Made by a program: the position numbers and the translations under genes. The notes beneath the pieces are model-generated. The model saw nothing but the letters and a program-made list of their open reading frames with translations, did not search any database and was not told the origin of the DNA. This document shows positions 31,638 to 41,865 of a stretch of 52,208 nucleotides of DNA, in pieces; positions within the stretch are counted from its first letter, which is position 1; each line of letters starts with the position of its first letter. This DNA comes from an uncultured bacterium (GTDB lineage: Bacteria > Actinomycetota > Actinomycetes > Nanopelagicales > Nanopelagicaceae), in assembly GCA_963977625.1 (NCBI GenBank), contig CAXBPX010000001.1, forward strand, positions 1 to 52,208. Reading direction: 5' to 3'.

Positions 31638-32774
31638 TTATCTCATTGCTCCTTTTCTGAGGCGGATTCGAAATTCTTTAGCTACCTGAGGATTTCGAAG
31701 TGCAATTCCTGCTACAAACCCTAGCGCGCCAACTAGCGCCAATAGAGAAGATCCGCCATAAGAGAGAAATGGCAAAGTAACGCCAACAACTGGAATCAAG
31801 CTGGTGGCGGAAGCTAAATTTATTAATGATTGAAAACCAATCCAAAAGGCGATGCCTAATCCTAAATACCTGCTAAAAATATCTTTAGCGGTGAGTGCAA
31901 TTTTTATGATGCAAATTACCAAAAGTGTTATCGCTGCAATCGTTGCTAACGTTCCTAGTAACCCAAATTCTTCTCCAATAACGCCAAAGATAAAATCAGT
32001 GTGTGCTTCAGCTAAATTGCCCCATTTTTGTTTGCTAGCGCCAATTCCAGAACCAAATAGACCACCGCTTCCGAGCGCCATCAAACTATGGGCAGGTTGC
32101 CAACCAGCATTTTTATAAATATCTTCTGCAAACGGATGCACAAATGCAGTAAATCGAGCAATGCGATAAGGCTGCATCGCTACTAGTCCTGCGACACCAA
32201 GAATGCCCACTACCGCTAAACCCGCTATGTACTTACTCTCTGCGCCAGCTAAATAAATCAAAGTGGCAAGAACTAGACCAATTACTACTGCCGATCCTAA
32301 ATCACCACCATTTAAAACTACTGCTAGCACTATGGTGAAACCAATGGTTAGGCGAATCGTAATTTTTTTAGCGTCGCCATAGTGGCTTTCAATAATGTAA
32401 GCAGACCAAAGTATTAAGAAGATTTTTGCAAATTCAGAAGGTTGAAAATCAAATGGTCCAAATGATACCCAGTTGGTGTTTCCATTTACTGCTCTACCAA
32501 ATGGAATCAATAGGAGCATGAACAAAATTGCAAACAATAAACTTCGGTGGGCAAACCACTTGATAGTAGTCATGGGAAAACGCGCAATCATAATTGCAAA
32601 TGGCACAGAGGCAATCGAAACTAAAATTTGTTTCCAGCTAACTGAGAATGAATTTCCACCATTATATAAACCCACTACTTGCGCAGCCGAAATAACCATT
32701 ACATCGCCAAAAATCAAAATACCAAATGTGAGCCAGAGAAAAGTTTTAAAAGTGCTGGCTGGAGTCTTTAACAT
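31638..32774 (-). CDS. ftsW: SEDS peptidoglycan glycosyltransferase FtsW
   Basis: 378 aa polytopic protein with QPSEFAK, TDFIF and LPFLSYGGSS motifs. Confidence 0.93.
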   Translation of the reverse strand: MLKTPASTFKTFLWLTFGILIFGDVMVISAAQVVGLYNGGNSFSVSWKQILVSIASVPFAIMIARFPMTTIKWFAHRSLLFAILFMLLLIPFGRAVNGNTNWVSFGPFDFQPSEFAKIFLILWSAYIIESHYGDAKKITIRLTIGFTIVLAVVLNGGDLGSAVVIGLVLATLIYLAGAESKYIAGLAVVGILGVAGLVAMQPYRIARFTAFVHPFAEDIYKNAGWQPAHSLMALGSGGLFGSGIGASKQKWGNLAEAHTDFIFGVIGEEFGLLGTLATIAAITLLVICIIKIALTAKDIFSRYLGLGIAFWIGFQSLINLASATSLIPVVGVTLPFLSYGGSSLLALVGALGFVAGIALRNPQVAKEFRIRLRKGAMR

Positions 32775-34109
32775 TTAGGCATACTTCTTTACTGCGGCAA
32801 TAAATTGATCTCCGCGATCTGAGTAATTTTTAAATTGATCCATGGAAGCACATGCGGGAGCCAGCAAAACCGTATCGCCCGGTTCGGCAATTTGAGCTGC
32901 TTTCTTAACTGCAGCTTCCATTACGTTTTCGCCATCAATTCGGTAATACTCAATGCCATGTTTTTCTAATTCTTTAGCTATCAATTCTCGATCAGTGCCA
33001 ATCAAGAGCGCAGCCTTTATTCTTGATTTGCTCTTCTCGATCAAACTTTCAAAGTTCGCACCCTTTGCTAAACCGCCTGCGATCCAGATAGAGCTGGTAG
33101 CTGCAAAAAGTGAAGCTTGCGCAGCATGTGGATTGGTGGCTTTAGAATCATTAACCCAACGGATGCCATTTTTCTCAAGTGCTAGCTCAATACGATGTCG
33201 CCCAGGTTTGAAATCTCTGATAGCCATTTGAATACTTGCTAAATCGACTCCGACTGCTCTGGCAATCGCGGCTGCAGCTAAAGTGTTAGCAACTGCATGT
33301 GGCACTGTTGGTTGCACTTCATTTAATTGGCAAATCTCGGCAGCCTCATTTGGGTCAGCTACAAAGGCTCGATCAATTAACAATTCTTCCACTAATCCCA
33401 TTTGCCCTTTAGCTGGTGTATCTAGGCCGAAGTAGATTTTCTGGCCGGTCCAATTAGTTATGGCTTGGACTAGATGTTGATCTTGTCCGTTAATAATTCC
33501 GATATCAGTATGCGCAAGTAATTTAATTTTTGCTTGAGTATAGGCTTCAAAAGAGCCATGCCAATCAGTGTGATCATCTGCAATATTTAAAATAGCAACT
33601 GCAGAGAATTCTGGATCTTGCATCCAATGAATTTGAAAACTAGAAAGTTCTAAGACTAATACTTCATATTTAGTCTCACTCCAGACTGTTTCAATTACTG
33701 TGGTGCCTACATTTCCGCAGGCACTTGCCGATACACCTGCAGCATTTATCATCGACGCCGCAAGTTCGGTGGTTGAAGTTTTACCATTGGTGCCTGTGAT
33801 AGCCACCCATTTTTGATTTGGGCGATGTAGATTGCGAAAATGCCAAGCAATATCGATCTCATTTGTAATAGTTATCTTTGCATTGGTGAGAGCTTTTACT
33901 AATGGATGATCCGGCTTCCAGCCTGGTGAAACCACTGCAAAGTCATAATCTAAATTAGTTAAATCAGTTATTGGATGGTTTGAAAAATCTGGCAAAGGCT
34001 TTTCATCTGCAATTCGAACGGATGAACCTAATTGTTCAATGATTTTGGCTACTGCGCTTCCAGTTACTCCTCCACCGAGGATTAAGACTTTTTTGCCCGC
34101 AAATTCCAT
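32775..34109 (-). CDS. murD: UDP-N-acetylmuramoylalanine--D-glutamate ligase
   Basis: 444 aa with GGGVTG and GTNGKTST motifs. Confidence 0.95.
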   Translation of the reverse strand: MEFAGKKVLILGGGVTGSAVAKIIEQLGSSVRIADEKPLPDFSNHPITDLTNLDYDFAVVSPGWKPDHPLVKALTNAKITITNEIDIAWHFRNLHRPNQKWVAITGTNGKTSTTELAASMINAAGVSASACGNVGTTVIETVWSETKYEVLVLELSSFQIHWMQDPEFSAVAILNIADDHTDWHGSFEAYTQAKIKLLAHTDIGIINGQDQHLVQAITNWTGQKIYFGLDTPAKGQMGLVEELLIDRAFVADPNEAAEICQLNEVQPTVPHAVANTLAAAAIARAVGVDLASIQMAIRDFKPGRHRIELALEKNGIRWVNDSKATNPHAAQASLFAATSSIWIAGGLAKGANFESLIEKSKSRIKAALLIGTDRELIAKELEKHGIEYYRIDGENVMEAAVKKAAQIAEPGDTVLLAPACASMDQFKNYSDRGDQFIAAVKKYA

Positions 34110-34113
34110 TTTA

Positions 34114-35184
34114 TTAAGCAGCTACCCACTGGGCATAGAAAAGTCCCAAACCTAAGGCAACGGACAATCCAGCAATGATCCAAAAGCGAACCACAATGGT
34201 TACTTCACCCCAACCTTTTAATTCAAAATGATGCTGCAACGGCGCCATCCGAAAGATTCGTTTTCCGCCAGATAATTTAAAAAATGCCACTTGAATAATC
34301 ACTGAGAGTGTTATCAAAACAAATAATCCGCCAATTGCGATAAGTAAAAGTTGGGTGCGCATTGAAATTGCAAGACCTGCAAGCGCGCCACCTAATGCAA
34401 GTGATCCAGTATCTCCCATAAAGATTTTCGCAGGTGAGGTATTCCACCAAAGAAAACCAGTACAAGCTGCCGCTAATGCTGCGGCTAAAACTGCTAAGTC
34501 CATCGGATCTCGTACTTGGTAACAATTTGGAACCGATTCGACTCCACATGATTGTCCAAATTGCCAAACGCCTATGAGCACAAATGCCAGGAAGGACATT
34601 ACTGATGCTCCGGTGGCTAAACCATCTAGTCCATCCGTTAAATTCACTCCGTTACTTGTGGCGGTTACCATAAAGATTACCCAAATAATGAGCGCAACGA
34701 TTCCTAACTTAATCGAAGTATCCCTTAAAAATGAGAGATTACTTGAGATTGGAGTTAAGCCATCATTATCTGGAAATTTAGTGCCAAAATATGCAAAAAA
34801 ACCAGCCACAATAATCTGACCAATTATCTTTTGCTTACTATTTAGACCCAAGGATTGTTGCTTGACTACTTTTAAATAATCATCAATAAATCCAACTAAA
34901 CCAAGACCAGTAAAAAGCGCAATCACTAAAATTGCCGAAACGCTAAATGTTATGCCTAAAACCAAGTGTGCTAATGCGTACCCAGAAATTGCGGAAAAAA
35001 TAATTGCGATGCCGCCCATTGTTGGCGTGCCGCGTTTTAGATGGTGGCTCTTTGGTCCATCTTCACGAATCATTTGACCGTAGCTATTTTTAGCTAAAAT
35101 TTTTATCAAAATTGGTGTACCAAATAGACTAAAACAAAGCGCAAAAACTCCTGCAAGTAGGATCTCTTTCACTTTACATCCCAA
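34114..35184 (-). CDS. mraY: phospho-N-acetylmuramoyl-pentapeptide transferase
   Basis: 356 aa with [17 protein letters not shown] and [11 protein letters not shown] motifs. The true start may be the GTG about 12 nt downstream (VKEILLAG). Confidence 0.95.
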   Translation of the reverse strand: MGCKVKEILLAGVFALCFSLFGTPILIKILAKNSYGQMIREDGPKSHHLKRGTPTMGGIAIIFSAISGYALAHLVLGITFSVSAILVIALFTGLGLVGFIDDYLKVVKQQSLGLNSKQKIIGQIIVAGFFAYFGTKFPDNDGLTPISSNLSFLRDTSIKLGIVALIIWVIFMVTATSNGVNLTDGLDGLATGASVMSFLAFVLIGVWQFGQSCGVESVPNCYQVRDPMDLAVLAAALAAACTGFLWWNTSPAKIFMGDTGSLALGGALAGLAISMRTQLLLIAIGGLFVLITLSVIIQVAFFKLSGGKRIFRMAPLQHHFELKGWGEVTIVVRFWIIAGLSVALGLGLFYAQWVAA

Positions 35185-36512
35185 CTTTCTATCAGCGCTT
35201 GGGCCAATCTCTCTAAAGCTTCGGCACGAGAAGCTTTAATTAAAACTACATCTCCTGGAGCAAATTCTTCCTTTAACTTCAAAGCATCTTCCCAATTTTG
35301 GTAGTTGAGTTCAGCGCCATACTCTTTCGCATTTATTGCCACTAAATGATCGACACCTAAATCTCGGGCAAGGGTGCCAATTTTCTCGTGAGCCTGGTCG
35401 GATGACTCGCCGAGTTCGTGCATTTTTCCCAGAAATGCCCATGCGGCTCCGCCTCGCTCTTGTGCAAATAACCTCAGTGAAAAGAGCGCAGCTTCCATTG
35501 ATTCTGGGGCTGCGTTGTATGCATCATTAATTACTAATAAACCTGGAAGTTCGTGAACTTGCATCCGCCATTTGCTGCGATTTTCTGCAGTAGAAAGCGC
35601 GGTGGCGATATGGTCATTTGATACTCCCAGCGCAATTGCCGCTGAGGCAGCTGCTAACGCATTTGGAATTTGTTGCATACCAATAAGACGCATGCCCACA
35701 GATACGCGCCCTTCATTATCAACTAAATCAAAATGTGGTGAACCTTCCCGAATTTCAATATCAGTAGCTCGTACATTGGCATCTACAGTTTCACCAAATG
35801 TTATTACCCGGCCTGCAAATCCTGCTGCCATTTTAGGAGTGTAAGGATCGTATAGTCCCAGAATCGCTACTCCATCAGCAGGAAGAGATTTAATTAATTC
35901 GCTCTTAGCTTTTGCAATATTTTCAATGGTGCCAAATTCAGATAGGTGGGCGCTACCAACTTTTAATACAATTGCAATATCTGGTTTTACAATTGAAGCA
36001 AGATTTTCAATATCCCCTAAATGCCGAGCGCCGAGTTCGGCGATACAGAATTTGGTCTGCTCATCACAACGTAAAAGGTTTAAAGGCGCACCTAATTCAT
36101 TATTGAAAGAGTTCTCAGGTGAAATGGTGGCACCAATTCCTTCAAGGATGTGATGTAGTAAATCTTTAGTGGTGGTTTTACCTTGAGAGCCAGTAATACC
36201 AATTACTTTCAATTCGGGAAGTTGTGTACGTACATATGCAGCTAACTTTCCGAGAGCATTTAAAACATCATCAACTTTGATATTTGGTGAAGAGACATCT
36301 TTTGAAACTAATGCAAAAGCAGCGCCATTATCAATGGCATCTTTTACAAAATCATGTCCATCGGCTTGTTCGCCAAGTAATGCTAAAAAGAAAGTGCCTT
36401 TTACAGCTTTTCGAGAGTCAAAAACCGGTGCTAGCCAAACCTCTTGATTGCCATCTGCATTTAAAGTCCCACCAACAATTTCGGCAATTTGTGAAGTTTT
36501 TAATCTAATCAT
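35169..36512 (-). CDS. murF: UDP-MurNAc-tripeptide--D-Ala-D-Ala ligase
   Basis: 447 aa with a [12 protein letters not shown] motif and Mur ligase C-terminal domain motifs. Confidence 0.94.
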   Translation of the reverse strand: MIRLKTSQIAEIVGGTLNADGNQEVWLAPVFDSRKAVKGTFFLALLGEQADGHDFVKDAIDNGAAFALVSKDVSSPNIKVDDVLNALGKLAAYVRTQLPELKVIGITGSQGKTTTKDLLHHILEGIGATISPENSFNNELGAPLNLLRCDEQTKFCIAELGARHLGDIENLASIVKPDIAIVLKVGSAHLSEFGTIENIAKAKSELIKSLPADGVAILGLYDPYTPKMAAGFAGRVITFGETVDANVRATDIEIREGSPHFDLVDNEGRVSVGMRLIGMQQIPNALAAASAAIALGVSNDHIATALSTAENRSKWRMQVHELPGLLVINDAYNAAPESMEAALFSLRLFAQERGGAAWAFLGKMHELGESSDQAHEKIGTLARDLGVDHLVAINAKEYGAELNYQNWEDALKLKEEFAPGDVVLIKASRAEALERLAQALIESWDVK

Positions 36513-37969
36513 TTTAGATTCGCAATCTCTTCAGCTAAAACTTTGCGATCATCAAAGGGATGTTTAACACCTAAAATCTCTTGACCGATTTCATGTCCTT
36601 TGCCGAGAATTGCGACTACGTCGCCAGTTTTAGCTAATTTAACGGCTTTGGCTATTGCGGCGCGGCGATCAACAATGACCTCTCCAGTGTGAGCCAATCC
36701 ATCGACCATTTCTTGCAAAATGGTTTCAGGATTTTCACTACGTGGATTATCGCTTGTAAAAATAGGTACATCTGCAGCAGTTAAAGCTTTCGCCATTAAA
36801 GGGCGTTTAGTCTTATCTCTATCTCCACCACAACCTAGAACTGCTATTAATTTTCCAGTGGTCATAGCACGAGCAGTTTTAAGAACATTTGCAACTGCAT
36901 CTGGAGTATGCGCATAATCGACAAACGCTAGAAAATCTTGCCCTACCTTAACTTGTTCTAATCGACCTGGAGCGCCAAGGTACTTTGGTAAATTTGCCGA
37001 AATTTCTATGGGATCAACTCCACTAATAACTGCAATTGCTACCGCCATCAATAAATTATCTAAATTAAATTCACCAATCAAACTGGTGTAACCTTCAATT
37101 AAAATTCCATCTTTGCCGCGAATTTTAATTTGAGTACTAGAACCAATTTTTACAATCTCTTCAAAATACCAATCTGCCTTTTGGTTTCGGGAAATTTTTA
37201 TCACGGGAATTTGAATTGATGCTGCAAGTCGCGAACCATAAACATCATCTATATTAATTACCGCTAATTCACTGCTACCAAATTGGAAAAGCTGTGATTT
37301 CGCCTGGAAATAGCGCTCCATATCGCCATGAAAATCTAAATGATCCTGTGTTAAATTGGTAAACCCAGCCACTTTAAATTTAGTTCCTGAAGTGCGATGT
37401 TGAACTAAAGCGTGGCTAGAAACTTCCATTGCTACCGCGCGACAATGTTGTTCTTTCATGGTGGCAAATAGCGCTTGCAGTGGCGCAGCTTCAGGAGTGG
37501 TATGAATTGAAGGCAATATTTCGCTATTTATTTGGGTATTTACGGTGCCAATTAAGCCACTATCCCAACCTGCCTGTTGCCAAATTTGATGCAATAAAGT
37601 GGTGACCGTTGTTTTTCCATTAGTGCCGGTGATTCCAACCGTAAACATATTGGCACTTGGATCTCCATAAATATGTGCCGAAATCTCGCCCAAGTGTTTG
37701 CGTGGATTATTTACTATCAATGTTGGCAAATTTTCCGTGGCACCATCTGGGTCAGTAATCACTGCCACTGCACCATTTGAAATTGCCTGATCTAAAAATT
37801 CAATTCCGTGATGGTTAGCACCAGGCAAAGCTATAAATATATCTCCGGTTTCAACATCAGATGCATTTTGTGCAATTCCCAAAATCTCAAGATCCTGATC
37901 AAATTCAACTCCAACTAATTTTGCGATTTCCGCAAAACTAATTGATGGTGAATTTAGTGGCCGAATCAT
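36509..37969 (-). CDS. murE: UDP-MurNAc-L-Ala-D-Glu--2,6-diaminopimelate ligase
   Basis: 486 aa with GITGTNGKTT, DYAHTPDA and DNPR motifs (the DNPR motif points to meso-DAP specificity). Confidence 0.94.
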   Translation of the reverse strand: MIRPLNSPSISFAEIAKLVGVEFDQDLEILGIAQNASDVETGDIFIALPGANHHGIEFLDQAISNGAVAVITDPDGATENLPTLIVNNPRKHLGEISAHIYGDPSANMFTVGITGTNGKTTVTTLLHQIWQQAGWDSGLIGTVNTQINSEILPSIHTTPEAAPLQALFATMKEQHCRAVAMEVSSHALVQHRTSGTKFKVAGFTNLTQDHLDFHGDMERYFQAKSQLFQFGSSELAVINIDDVYGSRLAASIQIPVIKISRNQKADWYFEEIVKIGSSTQIKIRGKDGILIEGYTSLIGEFNLDNLLMAVAIAVISGVDPIEISANLPKYLGAPGRLEQVKVGQDFLAFVDYAHTPDAVANVLKTARAMTTGKLIAVLGCGGDRDKTKRPLMAKALTAADVPIFTSDNPRSENPETILQEMVDGLAHTGEVIVDRRAAIAKAVKLAKTGDVVAILGKGHEIGQEILGVKHPFDDRKVLAEEIANLK

Positions 37970-39759
37970 GCTTTCTTCTCTACTTTAACTTTCTTAGCTT
38001 CTGCAGCTGCAAGTTGTGCCGCGTTAAGCGCGATTGGAGTAACTTTAGTATTGGTAGGTGGTATGTGCTTTGCTTCGAGTACATAGCTCATTACTTCTTT
38101 GAAAACTGGCCCACCTAATAAACCACCCCAGTGCAACCCTTGTGGTGCTTGAATCGTAACGCTGATTACATAACGTGGTTTATCTGCTGGCGCGAATCCA
38201 ATAAATGATGCGGTGTAACCACTGTACTTTCCATTTACAACACGTTGCGCAGTTCCCGTTTTGCCTGCGACACGATATCCAGGAATTGCGGCACCTGGTG
38301 CAGTGCCATTTGCACTAACAACGCTTTCCATCATTAATCGCATTTTGCTAGCGGTTTCCGCGCTAATAACTCTGGTGCTATTTCGAGGTTTTGCAGGTGT
38401 GTAATGACCTTGAGCATCTGATGTACCTGCGATAACGGTTGGTTCAACACGTACACCGTCATTTGCGATAGTGGCGAAAATCGATGTTGCCTGCATCGCA
38501 GTTACCGAATATGCCTGACCAAAAGACATGGCCGGCTTAGTAGTTCCACTCCAATCTTTAGGCGCATTGATTAGTCCCGCTGATTCACCAGGTAATCCTG
38601 AATTAGTAGAACTACCAACTCCGAATGCTCTTAAATAATCATAGAGTTTTTGATCACTTAACTTAGCGCCAATTTGAATGGTGCCAGTGTTACTAGAAAC
38701 AGCCAAAATCCCAGCGGTTGTTAAATGTTGTATTGGGTGGCTTTCGTGATCTTTAAAAACTTTGTACTTAGTTTTTAATTTATAAGGAACTGTAAATACT
38801 GTAGTAGGAGTTACTAAATTCTCTTCAAGAGCCGCAGCTAAAGTCATAACTTTTCCAGTAGATCCAGGTTCATAAACCTCTTCAACTGATGCATTATGTA
38901 CATCCGATAACTTCACTGGTTTGTTAGGGTCAAATGTGGGTGCGGTGGCATGAGCCAATATCTGCCCAGTCTTTGGATCCATCACAATTACGGTGCCACT
39001 TTTTGCATTTGTGGCTCGTACTACCTTTGCAATCGCATTCTCTGCCACAAATTGAATATCCCGATCAATGGTTAATCTAATTGAATTGCCAGCTTTGGCT
39101 TGCACTATCTGCTGTTGAGTACCTGGAATCTCTGCCCAAATACCATTTGCATAAACATACTTACCATCTTGACCTTTTAAATTTGAATTTAGCGCAGATT
39201 CAATTCCGGCTGCACCATCTCCAGCTTGATTAGTGAATCCAACCAAGGAAGCCACAATTGAGCCCGCTGGATATTCGCGAGTGTAATTTCTTTCCGGAAA
39301 GAAACCCACGATTCGCTTATTTAAATCAACTTTTGCCAAACGCTCGTTGTAGTTTGCAAATGCCTCTTTTAGCGCGTTCCACTGCGCTGGAGTGGCGCTT
39401 CTGGCAACTAAGTACCAACGTTTAGTTCCTACAATTTTAGAAAGAATTTCATTAGGGGTCATTTTCAAAATAGGAGCGGCAATTTCTGCCGTAATTTGTG
39501 GATTAGTGATCATCTTTTGATCTACCACGATATTAATGCGACTGACACTACGTGCAAATGGCACTCCATTTATATCAGTAATTTCACCGCGAGGAGCCAG
39601 CAAAGTGCTAACTCGATAAAGTTCATTTTCAGCACGAGATTTATAGTCACCCGCATTTACTGCTTGGACATCTAATAAGCGAATTAAAAGACCAAGTAAT
39701 GCAACTAGAAAAATCACTATTAAACGCGTGATGCGCTGCTGAAATAGGTTTCTTGGCAT
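37966..39759 (-). CDS. ftsI: division transpeptidase (class B PBP, FtsI/PBP3)
   Basis: STGK-type active site (PGSTGKV), SSN and KTGT motifs. The start was set at MPRNLFQQR (39759), 1 nt after the ftsL stop; the longer track start was rejected. Confidence 0.92.
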   Translation of the reverse strand: MPRNLFQQRITRLIVIFLVALLGLLIRLLDVQAVNAGDYKSRAENELYRVSTLLAPRGEITDINGVPFARSVSRINIVVDQKMITNPQITAEIAAPILKMTPNEILSKIVGTKRWYLVARSATPAQWNALKEAFANYNERLAKVDLNKRIVGFFPERNYTREYPAGSIVASLVGFTNQAGDGAAGIESALNSNLKGQDGKYVYANGIWAEIPGTQQQIVQAKAGNSIRLTIDRDIQFVAENAIAKVVRATNAKSGTVIVMDPKTGQILAHATAPTFDPNKPVKLSDVHNASVEEVYEPGSTGKVMTLAAALEENLVTPTTVFTVPYKLKTKYKVFKDHESHPIQHLTTAGILAVSSNTGTIQIGAKLSDQKLYDYLRAFGVGSSTNSGLPGESAGLINAPKDWSGTTKPAMSFGQAYSVTAMQATSIFATIANDGVRVEPTVIAGTSDAQGHYTPAKPRNSTRVISAETASKMRLMMESVVSANGTAPGAAIPGYRVAGKTGTAQRVVNGKYSGYTASFIGFAPADKPRYVISVTIQAPQGLHWGGLLGGPVFKEVMSYVLEAKHIPPTNTKVTPIALNAAQLAAAEAKKVKVEKKA

Positions 39760-39760
39760 C

Positions 39761-40150
39761 TTACCTACCACTTGCTTGTGAATTGATATCAATAAAGCGA
39801 GGTTGAGTATTTGGACTCATGCCTAATTTACGAGCTTGAGAAGCTAAAGCCATTGGCGAACTCTTAAATGCAATTTGACTATTTATGGCATCGCGCTCAT
39901 CGCTTAGAACTTGTGCTTCACGTTGTAATTTGGCCAGAGTAAATGCATCTTGCGTCGACATAGAGGTAATCGCAAACATCATTAGAATCATGATTAAACC
40001 AATTACCGTACTAAGCAAAGTAAGTGATCGTCTTGAAATTCTAGATCCGGTTTCAAGCTCTGGAACAATCCGCAAAATTGCCCGCTGTGAAGTTTGTGCG
40101 ATTGCCGCTTTTGTTTTATTTAATGCCGGAGCAAAAATAGGAAGGGCCAT
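39761..40150 (-). CDS. ftsL: FtsL-like bitopic division protein
   Basis: 129 aa with a single TM helix (LLSTVIGLIMILMMFAITSM) followed by a coiled-coil segment. It sits in the conserved slot between rsmH and ftsI. Confidence 0.8.
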   Translation of the reverse strand: MALPIFAPALNKTKAAIAQTSQRAILRIVPELETGSRISRRSLTLLSTVIGLIMILMMFAITSMSTQDAFTLAKLQREAQVLSDERDAINSQIAFKSSPMALASQARKLGMSPNTQPRFIDINSQASGR

Positions 40151-41086
40151 TTAAGCTGCCACCCTTTCTACTGCGCGAATTCGCACTGATTGGGCTCGTG
40201 AATTTTCTGAAATTTCCAAATCGCTCGCCGCTTCACCTTTGGCAATCAACTTAAATTTCACTTCATGGCCCGGCAATTCGAAAGGTAAATACTTGGGCGA
40301 AGTGGACTTGGTAACTTGGCTAAATGCTTCTTTGGTAATTCGATCTTCGAGTGATTGAAAAGAAAGCACTACTAAACGGCCGCCTACTTTTAAAAGTTCA
40401 AGTGCTTGTGGCAGCGCTTGTTCGATCACCTCTAATTCATTATTTACTGCGATGCGAAGTGCCTGGAAAGTGCGCTTGGCTGGGTTGCCACCAGTGCGTC
40501 GCGCTGCTGCCGGAATCGCACTTTTTACTAAATTAGCTAATTTGATAGTTGAGTTAATTGGCGCAATTTCACGCTCGCGAATGATGAAATCTGCGATTCT
40601 TGCTGCGAATTTCTCTTCACCGTAAACTTTTAAAATTCTGGCAATTTCACCGTGTGACCAGCCATTTACAATTTCAGCAGCAGTTACACCTTGGCTTTGA
40701 TCCATTCTCATATCCAGCGGCGCATCTTGGGAATAAGAAAAGCCACGCTCTGTTTGATCCAATTGCATTGAGGAAACTCCTAGATCAAAAAGTGCTCCAT
40801 CAATTTGATTAAAACCAAAAGATTTAACTACTTCGTCAAAATGATTAAAAACAGAATGTGCGATATGTACCCGATTGCCAAATTGGGAAAGTCTGGCGTT
40901 AGCTTTTTCGATTGCCGCCTTATCTCGATCAATTCCAATTAGAGTTAAATTTGGAAAACGATTCAGCATTTCAAATGAATGGCCACCAAGACCTAAAGTT
41001 GCATCTACAAATACTGGAGAAGCTGAATTTGAAATTGCTGGTGATAGCAATTCAATGCATCGATCAAGTGATACTGAGATATGCAT
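40151..41086 (-). CDS. rsmH: 16S rRNA (cytosine1402-N4)-methyltransferase
   Basis: 311 aa with DATLGLGGHS and DLGVSSMQLD motifs. Confidence 0.95.
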   Translation of the reverse strand: MHISVSLDRCIELLSPAISNSASPVFVDATLGLGGHSFEMLNRFPNLTLIGIDRDKAAIEKANARLSQFGNRVHIAHSVFNHFDEVVKSFGFNQIDGALFDLGVSSMQLDQTERGFSYSQDAPLDMRMDQSQGVTAAEIVNGWSHGEIARILKVYGEEKFAARIADFIIREREIAPINSTIKLANLVKSAIPAAARRTGGNPAKRTFQALRIAVNNELEVIEQALPQALELLKVGGRLVVLSFQSLEDRITKEAFSQVTKSTSPKYLPFELPGHEVKFKLIAKGEAASDLEISENSRAQSVRIRAVERVAA

Positions 41087-41153
41087 CCGCTTCCCCTTTC
41101 TGGTCTTGCTTTACTTAAACTTCTTGCCTTTTGCTTTTGCTACTAACCCCTCT

Positions 41154-41223
41154 GGTCACTGCCGTCCTACGGATCAGGTTCTGGCTTCGGGGAAGTGAAG
41201 TCAGAACGAGGAAGGCAGTGGCC
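41154..41223. ncRNA. extended imperfect hairpin in the mraZ-rsmH spacer, a candidate mraW RNA motif
   Basis: GGTCACTGCC...GGCAGTGGCC is the outer stem, TCCT/AGGA the middle stem and GTTCTGGCTTC/GAAGTCAGAAC the inner stem, all read directly. The location upstream of rsmH (mraW) matches the described actinobacterial mraW motif. The transcribed strand is ambiguous (see finding). Confidence 0.45.
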
Positions 41224-41245
41224 ACAAGAGTTAGTTAAGAGTTAG

Positions 41246-41677
41246 TTAGAAGAGTCCGGGAAATACCTCTTCTGAAACATCTGCGAAATTCTTTTCACGA
41301 TCTGCGAGATATTCATTCCAAGCTTTGGCATCCCAAATTTCGACGCGAGTATTTGCACCGATAACTACGCAAGCTTTTTCTAAATTTGCATATTCGCGAA
41401 GGCTCTGCGGAATCGTCACGCGTCCTTGGCGATCAGGAATTTCATCGTGCGCACCTGCAAACATGACACGTGAATAATCACGAGCTGCCTTTTGAGTAAC
41501 TGGTGCTTGGCGCAAAGTTTCGGTGATAGTTACAAATTCACTCTGCGGAAATACATATAAACAACGCTCTTGGCCTTTGGTAATTACTAGCCCAGATGAG
41601 AGCTCATCTCGAAACTTTGCCGGAAGGATCAAGCGACCCTTCTCATCAAGCTTTGGTTCGTGGGTTCCCAAGAACAT
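41246..41677 (-). CDS. mraZ: transcriptional regulator MraZ
   Basis: 143 aa. Two SpoVT/AbrB-like halves each carry a DxxGR motif ([10 protein letters not shown] and [10 protein letters not shown]). SD GGGGAAGGGGG lies upstream. Confidence 0.96.
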   Translation of the reverse strand: MFLGTHEPKLDEKGRLILPAKFRDELSSGLVITKGQERCLYVFPQSEFVTITETLRQAPVTQKAARDYSRVMFAGAHDEIPDRQGRVTIPQSLREYANLEKACVVIGANTRVEIWDAKAWNEYLADREKNFADVSEEVFPGLF

Positions 41678-41720
41678 CGCTTAGGCCCCCTTCCCCAGAA
41701 ACCTAAATCATTAACAATTC

Positions 41721-41770
41721 CCCACTTTACTCCACTTTTCTCCTTTTTCAACCACCTTTAGCCACTTTTT
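41721..41770 (-). promoter_or_regulatory. five consecutive 10-bp direct repeats (consensus nAAAAGTGGn), a candidate MraZ operator over the mraZ promoter
   Basis: The minus strand reads AAAAAGTGGC TAAAGGTGGT TGAAAAAGGA GAAAAGTGGA GTAAAGTGGG, with an extra GAGAGTGGGG box at 41781-41790. A candidate promoter TTGAAA (41751-41746)-N16-TAAAGT (41729-41724) lies inside the array. Confidence 0.55.
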
Positions 41771-41793
41771 TCCCAATTCCCCCCACTCTCCCC

Positions 41794-41828
41794 AATAAAA
41801 AAACCACTCTGGTGAAAGTCCAGAGTGG
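41794..41828 (-). terminator. rho-independent terminator after the DUF3040 gene
   Basis: Perfect 9-bp stem CCAGAGTGG / CCACTCTGG with a 7-nt loop, followed on the minus strand by TTTTTTTATT. It lies 37 nt after the stop at 41866. Confidence 0.75.
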
Positions 41829-41865
41829 CTAGAGTGGTTAGAAGTTCTATTAACTATTTAAGAAA

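Noticed and set aside
41115-41225. A 36-codon GTG-initiated ORF on the minus strand inside the mraZ-rsmH spacer.
   Set aside because: It has no SD, and its sequence is dictated by the hairpin arms of the structured element. An RNA-structure explanation is more parsimonious.
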